Below are positions 61,008-64,000 of a DNA stretch of 64,000 nucleotides, piece by piece (position 1 is the first letter of the stretch; each line of letters opens with the position of its first letter). Position numbers and translations under genes: made by a program. The notes beneath the pieces are model-generated. The model saw nothing but the letters and a program-made list of their open reading frames with translations. It was not told the DNA's origin and ran no database searches. The DNA lies in assembly GCF_001194135.2 (NCBI RefSeq), contig NC_068987.1, positions 24,236,581-24,300,580 of the forward strand. The letters run 5' to 3'. The DNA is from Octopus bimaculoides (lineage: Eukaryota).

Positions 61008-62930
61008 ATGGAGGAGAGACTGTGTAAGAATCAGGTTTATGAGAATAAGGATTTCCCTCACCCAAATGAGAACGATGTACAGATGAAATCATATGACTGT
61101 GACATCAAAACAAATACATCCATGAATATTACGGAAACCAGTGAACACAATTCACTTAATACAAATTCAAATGTTTACCATTGTGAAGTTTGTGATGAAA
61201 ATTTCACATATGATTCTTTGCTTTCACACAAATGTACTCACACAGATGAGAAACTATGCCATTGTGATATCTGTGGTAAAATTTTCTCTAGTGATGACGA
61301 CTTGACTGTTCACAAATGTACACAGACAAGTAAGAAAACATTTAACTGTGATGTCTGTGGAAAAACATTTTACAAGAATTCTGATTTAACTCGTCACATA
61401 CGCATTCACACAGGTGAAAAACCATTCTGCTGTCATATCTGTGGTAAATCATTTTCTCGGAATTATGAATTGACTGGTCACAAATATACTCACACAGGTG
61501 AGAAACCATACTGCTGTGATATATGTGGTAAAACATTTTCTCAGAAGTTTCAATTGAAACTTCACATACGTACACACACAGGTGAGAAACCATATCACTG
61601 TGATGTGTGTGGTAAAACATTTACTACGAATTCTGATTTAACTCGTCACATACGCACTCACACAGGTGAGAAACCATACCACTGTAATAACTGTGGCAAA
61701 TCATTTTCTCGGAATTATGAACTGACTGCTCACAAATGTTTTCACACAGGTGAGAGACCACATCACTGTGCTGTCTGTGGTAAAACATTTTCAAAGAATT
61801 CTGACTTAACTCGACACATACGTATTCACACAGGTGAAAAACCTTTTCGCTGTGACATCTGTGGTAAATCATTTTCTCGAAATTACGGATTGACCGGTCA
61901 CAAATGTTTTCACACAGGTGACAAATCATATCACTGTAATGTCTGTGGTAAAACATTTTCAAAGAAATCCGACTTAATTCGTCACTTATGTATTCACACA
62001 GGGGAAAAACCATTTCACTGCGATGTTTGTGGTAAAACATTTTCAAAAAATTCTGACTTAACTCGTCACATACGTATTCACACTGGGGAAAAACCATTCC
62101 GCTGTGATATCTGTGGTAAATTATATTCTCGGAATTACGAATTGACTGTTCATAAATATTCTCATACAAATATGAAGCCATATCACTGTGATATATGTGG
62201 TAAAACATTTTCTCAGAAGTTTCAGTTGAAACTTCACATACGTACACACACAGGTGAGAAACCATATCACTGTGATGTCTGTGGAAAAACATTTACTACG
62301 AATTCTGATTTAACTCGTCACATACGCACTCATACAGGTGAGAAACCATTCCACTGTGACATCTGTGACAAATCGTTTTCTCAGAATTATGAGTTGACTG
62401 TTCACAAATGTTTTCACACAGGTGAGAAACCATATCACTGTGATATATGTGGTAAAACATTTTCAAAGAATTCTGACTTAACTCGTCACATACGCATTCA
62501 CACAGGTGAAAAACCATTTCACTGTGGTGTCTGTGGTAAATCTTTTTCTCGGAATTATGAATTGACTGGTCACAAATATACTCACACAGGTGAGAAACCA
62601 TACTGCTGTGATATATGTGGTAAAACATTTTCTCAAAAATATCAATTAAATCTTCACATACGGACTCACACAGGTGAAAAAGAATATCAATGTGATATTT
62701 GTGGTAAAACATTTAGTAGAAATGGGGACTTGACTGTTCATAAATATACTCATACAGGTGAGAAACCATACCACTGTGATATCTGTGGTAAAACATTCTC
62801 ACGGAATTCTCACTTAACTCGTCATATACCTACACACAGAGGTGAGAAACAATACCACTGTGATATCTGCGATGAATCATTTTCTCGGAAAAATGCGTTG
62901 ACTGTTCACAAATCTACTCACACAAGTTAG
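61008..62930 (+). CDS. C2H2 zinc-finger protein, 640 aa; 19 canonical and 2 degenerate fingers, internally repetitive
   Basis: ATG-initiated ORF; repeated helices NSDLTR, RNYELT and QKFQLKL. Confidence 0.96.
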   Translation: MEERLCKNQVYENKDFPHPNENDVQMKSYDCDIKTNTSMNITETSEHNSLNTNSNVYHCEVCDENFTYDSLLSHKCTHTDEKLCHCDICGKIFSSDDDLTVHKCTQTSKKTFNCDVCGKTFYKNSDLTRHIRIHTGEKPFCCHICGKSFSRNYELTGHKYTHTGEKPYCCDICGKTFSQKFQLKLHIRTHTGEKPYHCDVCGKTFTTNSDLTRHIRTHTGEKPYHCNNCGKSFSRNYELTAHKCFHTGERPHHCAVCGKTFSKNSDLTRHIRIHTGEKPFRCDICGKSFSRNYGLTGHKCFHTGDKSYHCNVCGKTFSKKSDLIRHLCIHTGEKPFHCDVCGKTFSKNSDLTRHIRIHTGEKPFRCDICGKLYSRNYELTVHKYSHTNMKPYHCDICGKTFSQKFQLKLHIRTHTGEKPYHCDVCGKTFTTNSDLTRHIRTHTGEKPFHCDICDKSFSQNYELTVHKCFHTGEKPYHCDICGKTFSKNSDLTRHIRIHTGEKPFHCGVCGKSFSRNYELTGHKYTHTGEKPYCCDICGKTFSQKYQLNLHIRTHTGEKEYQCDICGKTFSRNGDLTVHKYTHTGEKPYHCDICGKTFSRNSHLTRHIPTHRGEKQYHCDICDESFSRKNALTVHKSTHTS

Positions 62931-62990
62931 AAACCTTACCACTGTGACGTTTGTGGCAAAACATTTTCACAAAGTTCTCACTTAACTTGT

Positions 62991-63028
<38 letters not shown>

Positions 63029-63038
63029 NNNNNNNNNN

Positions 63039-63078
<40 letters not shown>

Positions 63079-64000
63079 TGACAAACCATAACATTATGGT
63101 ACCTTTGGTAAATCTTTCTTTTGTAATGGTGAGTTGTCTACTCACAAGTTTGCCCACAGTTGAGAAACCATACTAATGTGTTATCTGTAGTAAAGCATTT
63201 ACCAAAACATTTCACTTAACTTGTTACGTATATACACTGGTGAAAAACCATAGCATTGTGATATTGTAATAAAACATTTTCCACAATTCATCAATTGACT
63301 TTTTACAAATGTTCTTACATGAGTGTGAATACTAACTACAGTGGTATCTGTGGTTAAAAATGTTATCAACATAGAGACTTCACTATTCACACGCATACTC
63401 GGGTAGTTGAGAGCATACTACTGATATCTATTGTAAAACATTTTAAGTAAATTCACATTTAGCCCTTCACATACATACTAATGCAGGTGAGAAACCATAC
63501 CACTGTGATATCTGTGGTAAAATATTTTCAAGAATTTCTTAACTTTTTAGAAGCCATACTACTGATCATTATCATTTTTTGCTGCAGACTAACTGGAATG
63601 TTAGGGTCCAAGTCAGTTCTTATTCAATGTGGCTGATTGAAGATTACATCTCATCCTTACTTAATATTTTGACATGGCTTCTACATCAGGATACCCTTCC
63701 TAAATGTAAACCACTTGATAGTGTAATGGTTGCATTTTATGTTAGCACAAGCACTAAGACTATAGAGTGGGTTGATTTCGTGGACCTAGTGGTAGGATGG
63801 ATCAGTCTATTTGCCATGCCCATAGGGGTTGGGTGGTTAATTAGAGTCCAAGACAAATCTTATTAGAGATCTTGAATTAGTTTTTTGCCCTTTACAATCT
63901 TCTCTTAAAAATAAACTGCTGTAACACCCATATGCACACACACACATATTCTTGTATATGTGTAAAGACAATATACATCAAAGAACACAGGAAGAACAAA

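Noticed and set aside
61342-62712. Long antisense ORFs (92, 222 and 138 aa) over the 61008 array, and similar shifted or antisense ORFs over the 30827 and 47222 genes
   Set aside because: They repeat with 28-aa periodicity and are by-products of finger codon structure; no independent features.

Overview
AT-rich, microsatellite-rich animal DNA with six N gaps (11584-11649, 23686-23911, 35857-35956, 56865-57269, 58351-59307, 63029-63038). The [11 protein letters not shown]...HTGEKP finger style and the SINE families point to an octopus (coleoid cephalopod) C2H2 zinc-finger cluster; this assignment is from recognition, not a database search. The window holds five apparently intact C2H2-ZNF coding exons with no recognisable KRAB/SCAN/BTB/ZAD domain (2-493 partial +, 17500-18702 +, 30827-31990 -, 47222-48526 +, 61008-62930 +), one decayed paralog (9915-11090 +) and a duplicated N-terminal fragment (45890-46105). 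Between them lie relics of RTE, CR1, Jockey-like, R4/Dong and Penelope-like retroelements, mariner, DD41D, pogo and Helitron DNA transposons, and many SINEs. The best candidate for an undescribed system is an intact 513-aa pogo/Tigger DD30D transposase (6259-7800). It lacks a visible right end, sits sense-wise in the 5' region of the decayed ZNF paralog, and has a perfect splice donor that could join the conserved ZNF terminal-exon acceptor, suggesting a transposase that took over a ZNF transcription unit. Other highlights are a finger array built from three near-identical repeated fingers (61008 gene), a conserved splice-acceptor and uATG-rich leader shared across the cluster, a minimal hammerhead ribozyme, a compact NRF1/ETS/YY1/E2F promoter module inserted in a dead LINE, and several long hairpins.
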